This document shows positions 1-11,004 of a stretch of 64,000 nucleotides of DNA, piece by piece. Below the pieces are notes generated by a model. It was not told the origin of the DNA, did not search any database, and saw only the letters and a list, made by a program, of their open reading frames with translations. Both the position numbers and the translations under genes were made by a program. Every line of letters starts with the position of its first letter. Within the stretch, counting starts at the first letter, position 1. Source of the stretch: Candidatus Obscuribacteraceae bacterium (GTDB lineage Bacteria > Cyanobacteriota > Vampirovibrionia > Obscuribacterales > Obscuribacteraceae); the NCBI GenBank assembly GCA_044226015.1, contig JBGAHS010000006.1, positions 352,001 to 416,000 on the forward strand, given 5' to 3'.

Positions 1-3000
1 AGACACTATTAGCACTAACCAAGCCAATCGCTGTTTGCTGCAAACTACCTGCTGAATTTATGTTCACTGAACTGGTTGCAGTGCCAGCACCTACGACACC
101 GTTCAAGGTAATTGAGTCAGCACTGTTGAAGCCAGTTATCGTATTCAGATTGACGGTTTCTGCCTTCAATCCACCGTTTATAGCCAAGGAACCAACGTTT
201 ACGATGGTTATCATATTGGTGGAAACAGTAGTGGTATTGCTTACAACCAGATTTCCAAAATTGGAAATGCTGACACTAGAGCTGCCATTGGTTGTCAGAT
301 TCAAAAGAGCGGTCTGAGTAGATATAGGTCCGTTACTGGTTCCATCGACACCCAAAGAGAGAAGCAATTTGTTCGGTGCGTAAATTGTTGCGTTCAAACC
401 AGTGGAGATAGCGCCACCAGTAGCAGTGCCACCAGAAGCATCAAGAGTAATGGTTGGGGCATAAACAGAACCATCTATCTTCAAGTTTCCGGTTCCACTT
501 CCATTTGCAGAAAGTGATAGAGGACCGCTTGAAACAACAGTCATGCTCTGCCCGACAGGTCCGCTAGGTGCAATCGTCAGATCGCCATTGCTAACCCCAA
601 TATTCATTGTTGCAGTAGTTGAACCTGTCAAAGTAGCAGAAATAACCGTCAAATCATTCTGACTTGAGATATTTACATTACCACCAGTGCTAACAACACT
701 GAGGTTCTGAACATTCACATCAAGTCCCGTGGGACCCGTTCCGCCAGTTCCAACCTTGACGTTGAGCGTTCCGGTTTGTATGTCAGTGGTACCAGCTTGA
801 GTTATTGGGTTCGCGCCAGCAACAACGAGAGTTATGGAACCGCTGCTGTCGCCAGAGGTCAAACCACCCGGGATGTTGATGCCCGCTGGCGAGCTGACAA
901 GAATACTTCCAGAGGTTAAATTCCCAGGAGAACCCGCCACCGACATATTTAGTGGTGTCGAACGTCCAATATTGAGCGCTTGAGCAGCCGTTGTCGTTGT
1001 CTGGGTTATGAAAATCGAACCACCTATTCCCGTGTCGCCGCTATTCGTAGAGGCATTCGCCGTGATCGTCAGCGGGAATGTAGTAGTCATATTTACTTGT
1101 TTGGCGTTGATGGTGACAGAACCACCATTCGAACCTGTTCCTGCTGTGACGTTCGTTGCAGAAGCACTCAGATTGCCAGATGCTGTGGCGGTGATTATGC
1201 CAGTTGGAGCCTCAAGGTCGATATTACCTCCATTACCTGCAGGCAACGCGCTGTTTACAGAACTAGCACCGCCTGCTGACGAGACGGAAATGAGCGCGGG
1301 GTCAAATTGAATACCACCAGTGCCCAGGTTCTTTATACCTATTGAACCACCATTGTTACCAGCAGCCACCAGTCCGCCACCACCGGTTCCTACACCATTG
1401 CCGTTAGCTGCAGCGTTTCCTACATTGAATGGTGTCGTGCTGTTGGTGACGATAGAAATGATGCCACCATTTCCGATGCCGTCACCAGCAGGGAACGTAG
1501 CACTGCTGTCTTGAGCGGGTCCACCGGACGCGCTCAAACCGCCACTTTGGGCATTTCCTGAAATAAATACTTTTCCGTTAGTTCCGGTTGCCGATAGGTA
1601 AATAGCACCACCATTGCCACCATTTACAATCAATGTGTTAGCAGTACCGTTGCAACTTGCACAATTTCCGCCAGCTTGACCGGTAACGAAAATGCTGGTG
1701 GGCTGCGCAACAATGATGCCACCGGCTCCCTTGGCACTTATATTGACGACCCCACCATTAGAACCGTTAGCGAAGAGAGAGCCAGTGACGCCATTAGTGG
1801 TAGTTGCTCCGACAGTAAATGGCGTAGCGCTATTCGAAAGAATAGCGATTTGTCCACCAGCACCAGCTGACAAAAGGAAATTTCCAGACGAGTTAGACTG
1901 AAGCTGAGCACCACCATTGACACTTAAGCTGCCATTGACCAGTACATTGCCTTGTGCAGCCTGGAGAACAATCTGTCCGCCTGGCCCGCCTACATCTTGT
2001 CCATTTTTTGTTACGGACAAATTAGCGTCGTTTGCAGCAACACTAAGTCCGTTGCTAGCGACGTTAATTCCGCCCTTGCCGAGATTGTTTATGGTTATGG
2101 AACCACCAGCCCACCCGGCAGCGTTGATGACGCCACCAACTCCATTAACCAGGACGCCGAGCCCATTCACGGTGAAAGCACCTGTTGAATTTGAGGTGAG
2201 CGAGACTGAACCGCCCAGACCATCAGCGAACTGAGAGCTGTGAGAGGTTCCACCATTTACGTTAATTCCACCGCCAATAGCTAGGTTACCCTTCACTGCT
2301 TGCAGGCTCAATTGACCGCCGTTTCCAGCAGCTCCAAATGTTGAGGTTCCTGGTTGAAGCAAAATCGAACCATTGGTAGCCGAGATACCACCAGTACCTA
2401 AGTTAGTCACGGTGATAGTTCCAGCGTCACCATTGCCACCAACCCCAGAACCACCGTTGGATATCAGACTGCCCACGACACCATTCGTCACGCTAGGTCC
2501 GCTTGCTCCGATTTGAAAAGCACTCGTCGAATTAGTTGTAATGACGATGTTGCCACCAAAGCCACCAATTGATGGGTTAGACGTCGGATTTCCTACACCA
2601 TTGACACTGATGCTGCTTAGAACTCCAACAGGTCCATTCACGGCTAGCAAATTTACGTTACCACCGAAGCCACCAAAACCGATAAGTGTTGGTCCTATAA
2701 CGGAAGCAGGTGCAATCGGATTGCTGTTAATTGCGCTGGCAGCAACCTGAATACCACCTTTTCCGATGTTCGAGACAGTTATCGTACCTCCTGAGTATCC
2801 GGTTGCCGAAAGGGTTCCGACACTGTTGGATGCGCTGGACGGCGTACCGACAGCAAAAGGAGTTGCAGAGTTACTGTTGAGAACGATGGTTCCGCCATTG
2901 CCTGAAGTGAAGTAAGGTTGAACCGTTATGCTTGAAACATAAGAATTCACTACATTGAAGACTGTAAACTGAGTAGACGAGAGAACAGCACTGATTGCAA

Positions 3001-6000
3001 CGGCTTCGTTTTGCGGAGCGCTACTTCCATTAAGTCCAGCCAAACCAACTACTTGTCCTGCATACAGTCCTACGGTACTAGACACTGTGATGGTGGTACT
3101 AGCCACAGAACTTGCACTTATGGCAGTAGGAGCGCTTTCGGTGCCACCATTAGCACTAAGTCCTATAGCACTCTGAATCGCTCCGTTCGCCGTCAAGAGG
3201 ATATTGCCACCATCACCGCCGATAGTGCCCAACAAGGATGAAGCATTAGCAGCAGCAACTGAAACGACTGCTGTAGAGCCAATCGTGATGCCACCACCCT
3301 GGTTAATCACTTTTATGGTACCACCAGAGCCGGTTGGCAATGTTGAGTAAATCAATCCACTTGGGCTGCCACCACCAGACACATTTCCATTAGCTGTCAG
3401 ATTTCCTTTCACGCCGTTAAACGTAGCGCTTAGAACAGCATTCGGGTCAATTACAAAGGGTGTTGTGCTATTAGTTGTAATTTGTATGAGTCCGCCATCG
3501 CCACTTCCGCGAGCGACAGAAGAACTGCCGCCGCTAGCATCGATATTGCCGGTGCTCTGAACAATTTTTCCTTCTAAGAAAATCTGTCCGCCTGACCCAC
3601 CAACATAAGATAAGTTAGCCGTACCAAGCAGACCGCTTGTAGCGTCGGCACCCTGAACCTGAAGGGCACCACCTTGAACGATAATGCCACCAGTTCCAGT
3701 GTTCTTAACCGAAATAGTTCCACCGCTACCATAGCTCTGAGTTGTACCAAGATTACCGTTGGCCGTAAGGAGTCCGTTACCAGATACACCGTTTCCTCCA
3801 ACCGTCGCCTGACCGATGTTGAAAGCTTGTGAGCTGTTCATTACGATATTGATGCTACCGCCGTTACCACCTGGAAGACCACTGGCACCGGAAAGCGTGC
3901 TTGGGGCACCATCAGCATTCAAGGTTCCGGCGATCGATACTGTGGAACCAGCAGTAAGGTTAATGTTCGCACCCCTACCATCTGCATACTGAGTTCCAAA
4001 TCCGCTATCTGCAAGGTTGTTAACACTAGGAGCCATAGTGATGGCAGCAGGGGTGACATTGATGCCGAGTGCTGCTTTCACATTCAGCGTTCCGCCATTT
4101 CCACCAACGGTATCTGATGGAGCATTTATGGTGAAGCTGTTTGCAGCATTGTTGATATTAACAGCCCCTGCACTGGTTGATGTCGTAGTGATGTTGATTG
4201 TTCCGCCATCACCACCAGTAGCATCAAGTGGACCACTGCCATTGTAGGGGGAGTAGCCACTGAGACCACTTGCACTGACAGGTATAGCACCGGCTGAGGC
4301 GAAGGAAGCAGCTCTGATGTTTATGGTACCGCCGTTAACACCATAACCTGCTGTCGAATTAGCAGACTGCGCATCAGAAGAAACGCTTGCGCTATTTAAG
4401 AAGGTCATCAAACCACCGCTTTCCAAATTCGTAATGGACGATGGAATCATTCCTGGAGATCCACCAGCGGGAAGTGTGTTATTGGCATTACTGATGTTGC
4501 TGTTAAGGTTCAGAGCACCTCCGGCTCTGACTGTGATTGTAGTCGTCGCTGTTGTAGCATTTCCAGTCGTCGGTGGAACCTGGAAGTACCCACCAGCAGC
4601 GTTCATCTTTCCTACAGTCGCACCTGCGTTCAACAAATTCGCTGAGGGACCAAGCGAGCCGGTGCTCGTCAACGCACTTGAGGTCGCCGTTGTATTGTAC
4701 GTAAGAACAAACGGAGCGCTTGCGTTTGTTAACGGAGTGGAAGTCACTACCGTAATATTGCCGCCACCCTGATTACCACCACGGGTATCGATGCCACCCG
4801 ATACGCTTGCTAAATTGATTGTAGTCGGTGCAGACGCTGCAGAGCCCTTGCTTCCGCCAGCAACAATAACAACATCACCATTCAGGTTGCTGCTCGAACT
4901 CACATTCAGGCTACCAGAAGCAGTACCACCAGTGCTGATCGCCACATCGGGCATACTGAGTTGCCCAGTCGTAGACGGATTAGAGCTTGAGGCAAACGCA
5001 GTTATTGAAACATTTCCACCAGCAGCACCGATGTTTCCGTTAACCGGTCCACCATTGGCGGTTATATTGTTCAATGTTGGCAAGTTGATATTGCCACCTG
5101 TTGAAGAAGAACCAACCACACGAATAGTTGTCTCAATTTTATCGTTCAGCCCGCCACTCAGGTAAGTGTGCTTTCCAGTGACAGTATAACTAGCACCCGC
5201 GGTCATTATGATCGGAGACGCGGTGAACTGCTTAGCTTGACCGCTGCTTGTAATGCTGAAATTACTCAGAGTTGAGCTTTGTATGTTGTTTCCAGCAACA
5301 AGGGTCACAACTCCACCAGGTCCTAATGGACTAATAGTGTTAAAGCCACCGGTAGAGATTGAACCATTCAGATTAATGTTCTTACCAGCAAGAATTGTCA
5401 CTGGCGACGTTTCAACAGCAATATTGCCGAGTTTTCCAGCAGAGCCAACATTGATGGAGCCATTATTGATTGTAGAAAACGAAATACTGTCGCCGTTGGT
5501 GATATTGCCGTTGGTGATGCTTATTGGTGCCTCGATTTTCGGAGTGGCAGTCACGAGATACACGCTACCGGCGAGTCCGCCGCCACCAGAAGATGTGTTA
5601 ATACCACCAACAGTTATGACAGAACCACCGGTGGGGTCACTCTTAGCTCCGGCAATAATTGTTACTGAACCATTATTCAGTCCTACACCGCCACCGTTTG
5701 TGTTAATCGCAACACTTCCCAGATTCACTGTTCCTGGAGTAAATGAGCTTCCTTTGCCTGTACCGGCGAATGCAGTAATGCTGACGTTTCCACCATTAGC
5801 AGTTCCAACCGTAGAAATTGGGTTGCTGAAAGCGCTGAAATCAACCGCCCCACCTGTAACACTAGGACCGAGGATCGTGAAAACAGAGCTAATATCACCA
5901 TTTCCCTGGGTGCTTGTTGATGAGCTTCCAGTGGCACTCGAAGAAACCGTGAAATTGGCACCAGACATGACGAAAAGAGGAAAGCCGGTGGCTCCATCTA

Positions 6001-7252
6001 GCGTATTGATTGAACCAGCATTGGTACCAATAATGTCGCCAGAAGCAAGCAACGCAACAGGTGCACCTTGAATGACCGTTCCACCGGAGATAGCACTGTT
6101 GACACTCAAACTACCATTCGTATTGAAAAATACGGGGTCTTCAGTAAAGGTCATGTTGCCCAAATTGAAGGTTCCACTGTTGACACCTGCGTGAATATTG
6201 CTGGCAGTGATGTTTACCTGTCCAGTAGCGGAATGCGTGTTCATTTCCACATTACCGTTACCGCCAAAAATATTGACGTTGTTCGATAGCAAATCACCAC
6301 CCATTAAGGTGGTGTTGTACTTACCAGAGAAAAGCGAATCGCGCACATTTATGTCGGCCGCTAGGGCGGAAAGTACGCCATTAGTATTGTTGATGTTGAT
6401 CGAGCTTGGCAAAGCAGACAAGACATTGAGGTTGCCTGCAATTGTGGTTAACGCACCACTGTTCACTATGTTGCTGGAGACGAGATTTAGTCCATTGGCA
6501 GCGGTAATCACACCAGCATTAGCGAGACCTGCGTGTCCAATGTTTGAAATGGTGTTACCAGCAGTGAAAGTGAGGCTGTTGGCTCCAGTTATCTGACCAT
6601 AGTTAGTGATACTGCCTGCAGCGATGAGGTTTAACGCAGTGGCACTGCTAATAAGAGCACCATAGTTATTCACAATGTTGGCAGCGCTAATCGTTGCACC
6701 ACCAATGAGATTGCTTATTCTTAAAGCACCTGAATTGGTCAAATCTCCGAGAATGTTCAGATTCGAAACACTGCTGAAGGAGGTAACGCCTTTTGGAATT
6801 ACGAGGCTGCTTATATCGAAGTTAAATTTCGGACTAAGGCTGAACGAACCACCAATAGCATTACCATTCATACCAAGTCTGATCGTCTGAGCTCCGGTGG
6901 AGATTACTTGCCAAACAGCGAGACGTTCGGCAGGAGTTAGAAGCGATTGCGCATCAATTACTCTGCTGCCAGTGCCACTACGAATACTGATATTGTTGTC
7001 ACCAAGATTGACGGGCGCTTGCAGAGTGCGGTTGGTAGAAGACAAGTCGAAGTTGAGTGTCGAAGCGTGAGCACCGTGCGTCATAGGTGTCGCACCCGGA
7101 CGAGACTGTGCCATGACAACCTGCGTCGACGACAGTCCCAAATTCAATGACACCGCCAGTAGTGTAACTGCAGATAGTGTCTTTTTCGCAGTATTGCCCT
7201 GTACATGAGAATTCCAAGCAGAAGCAAACGGCTTCTCGCGATTCGAAAGCAT
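1..7252 (-). CDS. Giant secreted adhesin/filamentous-haemagglutinin-like beta-helical repeat protein (>2400 aa, 3' end beyond the window)
   Basis: ATG at 7252 with AGAGG RBS reads MLSNREKPFASAWNSHVQGNTAKKTLSAVTLLAVSLNLG. The same frame is open at the window edge (NSAGSLQQTAIGLVSANSV), and the shadow ORFs on + at 60, 1008, 1320, 1692, 1917, 2541, 4017, 4434, 4791, 5253, 6198 and 6675 share one frame, consistent with one uninterrupted G/N/T/S-rich ORF. Not every codon was checked. Confidence 0.85.
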   Translation of the reverse strand, partial: MLSNREKPFASAWNSHVQGNTAKKTLSAVTLLAVSLNLGLSSTQVVMAQSRPGATPMTHGAHASTLNFDLSSTNRTLQAPVNLGDNNISIRSGTGSRVIDAQSLLTPAERLAVWQVISTGAQTIRLGMNGNAIGGSFSLSPKFNFDISSLVIPKGVTSFSSVSNLNILGDLTNSGALRISNLIGGATISAANIVNNYGALISSATALNLIAAGSITNYGQITGANSLTFTAGNTISNIGHAGLANAGVITAANGLNLVSSNIVNSGALTTIAGNLNVLSALPSSININNTNGVLSALAADINVRDSLFSGKYNTTLMGGDLLSNNVNIFGGNGNVEMNTHSATGQVNITASNIHAGVNSGTFNLGNMTFTEDPVFFNTNGSLSVNSAISGGTVIQGAPVALLASGDIIGTNAGSINTLDGATGFPLFVMSGANFTVSSSATGSSSTSTQGNGDISSVFTILGPSVTGGAVDFSAFSNPISTVGTANGGNVSITAFAGTGKGSSFTPGTVNLGSVAINTNGGGVGLNNGSVTIIAGAKSDPTGGSVITVGGINTSSGGGGLAGSVYLVTATPKIEAPISITNGNITNGDSISFSTINNGSINVGSAGKLGNIAVETSPVTILAGKNINLNGSISTGGFNTISPLGPGGVVTLVAGNNIQSSTLSNFSITSSGQAKQFTASPIIMTAGASYTVTGKHTYLSGGLNDKIETTIRVVGSSSTGGNINLPTLNNITANGGPVNGNIGAAGGNVSITAFASSSNPSTTGQLSMPDVAISTGGTASGSLNVSSSSNLNGDVVIVAGGSKGSAASAPTTINLASVSGGIDTRGGNQGGGNITVVTSTPLTNASAPFVLTYNTTATSSALTSTGSLGPSANLLNAGATVGKMNAAGGYFQVPPTTGNATTATTTITVRAGGALNLNSNISNANNTLPAGGSPGMIPSSITNLESGGLMTFLNSASVSSDAQSANSTAGYGVNGGTINIRAASFASAGAIPVSASGLSGYSPYNGSGPLDATGGDGGTINITTTSTSAGAVNINNAANSFTINAPSDTVGGNGGTLNVKAALGINVTPAAITMAPSVNNLADSGFGTQYADGRGANINLTAGSTVSIAGTLNADGAPSTLSGASGLPGGNGGSINIVMNSSQAFNIGQATVGGNGVSGNGLLTANGNLGTTQSYGSGGTISVKNTGTGGIIVQGGALQVQGADATSGLLGTANLSYVGGSGGQIFLEGKIVQSTGNIDASGGSSSVARGSGDGGLIQITTNSTTPFVIDPNAVLSATFNGVKGNLTANGNVSGGGSPSGLIYSTLPTGSGGTIKVINQGGGITIGSTAVVSVAAANASSLLGTIGGDGGNILLTANGAIQSAIGLSANGGTESAPTAISASSVASTTITVSSTVGLYAGQVVGLAGLNGSSAPQNEAVAISAVLSSTQFTVFNVVNSYVSSITVQPYFTSGNGGTIVLNSNSATPFAVGTPSSASNSVGTLSATGYSGGTITVSNIGKGGIQVAASAINSNPIAPASVIGPTLIGFGGFGGNVNLLAVNGPVGVLSSISVNGVGNPTSNPSIGGFGGNIVITTNSTSAFQIGASGPSVTNGVVGSLISNGGSGVGGNGDAGTITVTNLGTGGISATNGSILLQPGTSTFGAAGNGGQLSLQAVKGNLAIGGGINVNGGTSHSSQFADGLGGSVSLTSNSTGAFTVNGLGVLVNGVGGVINAAGWAGGSITINNLGKGGINVASNGLSVAANDANLSVTKNGQDVGGPGGQIVLQAAQGNVLVNGSLSVNGGAQLQSNSSGNFLLSAGAGGQIAILSNSATPFTVGATTTNGVTGSLFANGSNGGVVNISAKGAGGIIVAQPTSIFVTGQAGGNCASCNGTANTLIVNGGNGGAIYLSATGTNGKVFISGNAQSGGLSASGGPAQDSSATFPAGDGIGNGGIISIVTNSTTPFNVGNAAANGNGVGTGGGGLVAAGNNGGSIGIKNLGTGGIQFDPALISVSSAGGASSVNSALPAGNGGNIDLEAPTGIITATASGNLSASATNVTAGTGSNGGSVTINAKQVNMTTTFPLTITANASTNSGDTGIGGSIFITQTTTTAAQALNIGRSTPLNMSVAGSPGNLTSGSILVSSPAGINIPGGLTSGDSSGSITLVVAGANPITQAGTTDIQTGTLNVKVGTGGTGPTGLDVNVQNLSVVSTGGNVNISSQNDLTVISATLTGSTTATMNIGVSNGDLTIAPSGPVGQSMTVVSSGPLSLSANGSGTGNLKIDGSVYAPTITLDASGGTATGGAISTGLNATIYAPNKLLLSLGVDGTSNGPISTQTALLNLTTNGSSSVSISNFGNLVVSNTTTVSTNMITIVNVGSLAINGGLKAETVNLNTITGFNSADSITLNGVVGAGTATSSVNINSAGSLQQTAIGLVSANSV

Positions 7253-7286
7253 TAGATTGTCCTCTTATAACTTCTTGTAAATCAAC

Positions 7287-7311
7287 AGCCAGACGGCATC
7301 ACCGTCTGGCT
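7287..7311. terminator. Hairpin between the thaumatin-like gene and the giant adhesin gene
   Basis: AGCCAGACGG-catca-CCGTCTGGCT, a perfect 10-bp stem with only a weak U-tract. Confidence 0.5.
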
Positions 7312-7322
7312 TTCAAAACTTC

Positions 7323-8408
7323 TTACTGATGAGTGCCAGGTGGGCATGTTCCGGGAGGAGAGAGAGGTCCTAGATAGTTGACCTGAATAGTTCCACCGAA
7401 CTTCTGAACGCCTGCCACTGTAGCTGAGCGATTGAACTTACAACCGTTGCCCGAAGGAAAACCATTCTTGGCAGAGCAGAATTGTGCATTCGGAGTACCG
7501 TTTCCTGTGCACGGCGGGTCCGGGTCCGGGAAGGCATTGCATATGGTGCATCCATAGGGATACACACCCGGCCTAGCTACACCGGTGCGAGGATCTATGC
7601 AATTGTTGTCGCATTGATGAGCGATGTCTACCCACGAATTCTGGAAAGACACAGTTGACCTGAAGTTAGTTGCGTTGCCGTCAGCGGTCCAGAACGGACC
7701 AGTGCTCGGAGGAGTGACTTGCACCTGCAAGGTGCAGTTAGCACCATTCACACAAGTGATGTCCATCGATTCACCGCTAGGAGCACCAATTAACTGCGAA
7801 GGATTTCCAGGATTGTTGATGACAGTCTTGCCATTCACTGTTCCAGGCAAATTAATGGTGCATTCGAAGCCATTTGTACCGTTTGGCTCAGGATTGAGCT
7901 TGCCGTTGTTCAAGTTTGGTCCAGGAGTAGTCACAGGGAAACTGGAGGCACCGGTCGGGTTCGCAGTGCTGTCAGGACAGATAGCAGCAAATGTACCGAA
8001 GCCAAAGTTCATACCCTGCAGGCAAGCGCTCGGCTGACCGGTGTACTTATTGATGCCGGTGTTCAGCAACTGAACTCTGTGTCCTCTCTTCAGCATGAAC
8101 CATCCTTTGGTTGGTGCACCGAATTGAGTGAGTGGCTGTGGCGTCCCGTTAACTGAGAGATCGATCCACTTCAGAGTCTGTACGGTACCCGTGGGACATC
8201 CATCTTCCTGCGCACAGGCGGCAGGATTGACACAGAAGCCCGGAACCTGCACTCCTACCGGAACGTCAGCATTCGAAGCATTGTAAAAAACCAGCTTCGT
8301 AGCGGTCGCCGGTCCCTGCTGAGCCTCAGCCACCGGCATCGCCCATGGTGCCAACAACTGGCAAGCGATGGTGGCTGCAGCTGCAGCCATCGTAAAAATC
8401 TTTTTCAT
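7323..8408 (-). CDS. Secreted Cys-rich protein, thaumatin-like
   Basis: Signal peptide MKKIFTMAAAAATIACQLLAPWAMPVAEA; 16 Cys in the mature part; TNGFECTIN...ESMDITCVNGAN resembles thaumatin TLAEFTL...YDVSLVDGFN. Confidence 0.6.
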   Translation of the reverse strand: MKKIFTMAAAAATIACQLLAPWAMPVAEAQQGPATATKLVFYNASNADVPVGVQVPGFCVNPAACAQEDGCPTGTVQTLKWIDLSVNGTPQPLTQFGAPTKGWFMLKRGHRVQLLNTGINKYTGQPSACLQGMNFGFGTFAAICPDSTANPTGASSFPVTTPGPNLNNGKLNPEPNGTNGFECTINLPGTVNGKTVINNPGNPSQLIGAPSGESMDITCVNGANCTLQVQVTPPSTGPFWTADGNATNFRSTVSFQNSWVDIAHQCDNNCIDPRTGVARPGVYPYGCTICNAFPDPDPPCTGNGTPNAQFCSAKNGFPSGNGCKFNRSATVAGVQKFGGTIQVNYLGPLSPPGTCPPGTHQ

Positions 8409-8620
8409 CAAACCCCGCCTACAACCAAAAAAAATTCCAACCTGCGCCATTGTAGACGACCTCAGAGCATATAAGAGTCAATTAAAATATTTCTTTTTGT
8501 GTCAGCACTAAGGCTAAGTGTGCGTTGGCAGCTAGACCTAACCTTCATAAAAAAATAACAGCACACCAGTCCACTTGACAGGCTCTCGCTGCTAATATCA
8601 GCATTCCGCGTTTCAAAGTT

Positions 8621-10144
8621 GTGGATAGATTGATGGGCAAGAAACTGTTTATTTTGACTTCGTCGTTGCTGATGTTAATGACTGTCTCCCAGGTGCATGC
8701 GGCTCAACTGAATGCGTTGACACAGCAGGCATCTGAACAATTCGCTAAAGGCAATCTGAGCGCGGCAGTAGAACTCCAGGAAAAGGAACTGAAGCAAAAT
8801 CCGAAAGACTGGCTTTCACATGCATCGATGTCATTTTACGCATGGCATGAGGGCAACATCATCAAATCATCTGAAGAGGGTGAAACTGCTGTCAAACTGG
8901 CACCAGAGAGCTATCTTGCTCTTTCCAATCTTGCGGCAATCAAAGAAGGATTGGACGACCCTGCCAGCGCTATTCCTCTTTATGAAAGAGCGAGCAAAGT
9001 CGAACCCGGAAACGTTGAAGCTCACATCGGTTTAGCCCGATGCAAAAACAAACTAGGACAACCTGATGAGTGCACCAAGATGCTTTCTGAATTGGGTAGG
9101 AAAGAGCAACAGTCCTTCAATTGGTACTATGAGATTGCAGATACTCTGCTCCGTTGCGAGAAGCCTTTGCTAGCCGCACCTGTAGCAGAAAAGTGCGTAC
9201 CGCTGGCCAAGAGCGCCGATGAAATCGAAAAGAGTTCCATACTCTCTCTGATGTGCCTCATGCAGACAGGACAGTTTGCTAAAGCTGAGGCGCTACAAAC
9301 AGAGGTGTTCAACAAGTATTCAATTAAAGAGATGCAGCTATACGTGCGCACAGCCATATCCATGCTTCGCGAAAATAATCCTGAGGGCGGGAAGAAACTT
9401 CTTGAGACAGCGACGCGAGAACTTAAGAATCCTGAAGATTCCGATGCATTTTATCGACTTGGAAAAGCATTCGAACAAAAGACTATAAATCTCGCTGACC
9501 AGAACCTTTCTACACCATGGTTAGAGCTTTCAGAAAAGGCATTTTCGAACGCCTGCCAGTTAGGCAGAAGCACGAAAAACTACATCGCGCTTGCCGGCGT
9601 TTACAGCGCAGAAGGCAAGAAAAGCGAGATGGACAAAGCGTTAAAAACAGTTCTTGAAATTGATAATTCAGATCTGCTAGCGAAGTATTTGTTGTCTAGA
9701 TTACAAAATTCGGCGGCTCAGAGCCAGGACGCTCCAAAACTTGAAGAAGTTGAATTGACAATTGCAAATCTAAATTGCGGCTGCCATGTGGGTAAGGTCG
9801 TCAACGCAATGACAGAATTAGATGGTGTAGCTTACTCTTACATTCCAGCGAACATCAAACCATACAAGGGAATTTTGATCATAGACCGCAATAAAATTGA
9901 TGCGAAAACGGTTTTTGAAAAAACAACAGCAAAGGTGAAACAGATCTACGCCAGCATGGTTCCACCCCTGGTGCCTGATTTTGGAATAGTGAAAACCTCG
10001 AACCTGAGCTCCATCAGTCAAGCTATCGTCGACGCACAAAATATTCAGTATGGAAGCATAACGGACTTCTTCGTTTCATTTAAATCCGTTATGCCAACAG
10101 AACCTGTAAAAGCGCTGGCTACAAAAGCTGATAATCGGATGTAA
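8621..10144 (+). CDS. Exported TPR protein with C-terminal HMA-like domain
   Basis: Signal peptide, TPR-like helical repeats, C-terminal LTIANLNCGCHVGKVVNAMTELDGV. Confidence 0.7.
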   Translation: MDRLMGKKLFILTSSLLMLMTVSQVHAAQLNALTQQASEQFAKGNLSAAVELQEKELKQNPKDWLSHASMSFYAWHEGNIIKSSEEGETAVKLAPESYLALSNLAAIKEGLDDPASAIPLYERASKVEPGNVEAHIGLARCKNKLGQPDECTKMLSELGRKEQQSFNWYYEIADTLLRCEKPLLAAPVAEKCVPLAKSADEIEKSSILSLMCLMQTGQFAKAEALQTEVFNKYSIKEMQLYVRTAISMLRENNPEGGKKLLETATRELKNPEDSDAFYRLGKAFEQKTINLADQNLSTPWLELSEKAFSNACQLGRSTKNYIALAGVYSAEGKKSEMDKALKTVLEIDNSDLLAKYLLSRLQNSAAQSQDAPKLEEVELTIANLNCGCHVGKVVNAMTELDGVAYSYIPANIKPYKGILIIDRNKIDAKTVFEKTTAKVKQIYASMVPPLVPDFGIVKTSNLSSISQAIVDAQNIQYGSITDFFVSFKSVMPTEPVKALATKADNRM

Positions 10145-10189
10145 TTCCGATTCCACGATTTCTTAACCGCAGTTTCATATCTTTCCATC

Positions 10190-10678
10190 ATGCGAGTGAC
10201 GGAGGAAATGGAAATGCAAGCCGAATTTGAAACCTACGAAATCAAACCCAAGAGCAATGAAGAGCAAGAGCAATTGAGCCAGCAGCTGTGGGATGGCTTG
10301 GAGCATTCGAATCTTCAAAATCGCCAAAACAATCAGCTGGACGATGCGACTTTATCGCAATCGCCAGACCATGACTTACCAAACATTGAATTGCATGATG
10401 GCACAAAACACGATGACACCATCCAGGCTAAATGCGCTGATGAATCATGCAACCGAGACTGGCAAAAGGAAATGGATACGCTCAGGTCAGAGATTAGTAG
10501 CGACATTCGAGGACTAACCCCTGCCGAACAGAATGCGATCCAAAAACTTCAGGAAGAGTATCCAACGAAGAATGGTGACTTTTCTAAATCAGTAGTGAAG
10601 TACCTTTATCTCCAGGGGCAAGAAGAACTGGCCAACAAGATGATTCGCCTGAGAGACATGAGCGGCATCATGTTCTAA
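10190..10678 (+). CDS. Hypothetical acidic protein
   Basis: 162-aa ORF; GGAGG precedes the internal ATGs. Confidence 0.6.
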   Translation: MRVTEEMEMQAEFETYEIKPKSNEEQEQLSQQLWDGLEHSNLQNRQNNQLDDATLSQSPDHDLPNIELHDGTKHDDTIQAKCADESCNRDWQKEMDTLRSEISSDIRGLTPAEQNAIQKLQEEYPTKNGDFSKSVVKYLYLQGQEELANKMIRLRDMSGIMF

Positions 10679-10971
10679 GGCTGCCAATTTCTTACTTGTG
10701 ATTTCAAGAAATAAATTGCATCCGCTTTTGGACCTGAGAAATAGCTTATCCTCGCATTAACAAACATCTATTGCATCTCGCTTACGGGCAATTTACATGA
10801 GCGACACTACCAACAAGAGGATACTATTTCGCACCCAACAGATATACGATCCAAACAATGATTCTGAATCAAAATGTTCGGATGCCTGACAATTCGTTTC
10901 TAATTTTTATCGATGCATTTTAGCCATATTTTGCTATCGATTTAATATCGAGAAAATACTTTCTGGGGGAG

Positions 10972-11000
10972 TGTACAGAGATACATCGCACTGCTAAAGT
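10972..11000 (+). promoter_or_regulatory. Putative sigma70 promoter of ncRNA copy 1
   Basis: TGTACA-N17-TAAAGT with TGn extension; both hexamers and the 17-nt spacing are conserved in copy 2 while the spacer sequence is not. Confidence 0.6.
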
Positions 11001-11004
11001 ATTT

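Noticed and set aside
60..7150. Many + strand ORFs rich in Pro/Leu/Val
   Set aside because: Antisense shadows of the giant minus-strand gene.
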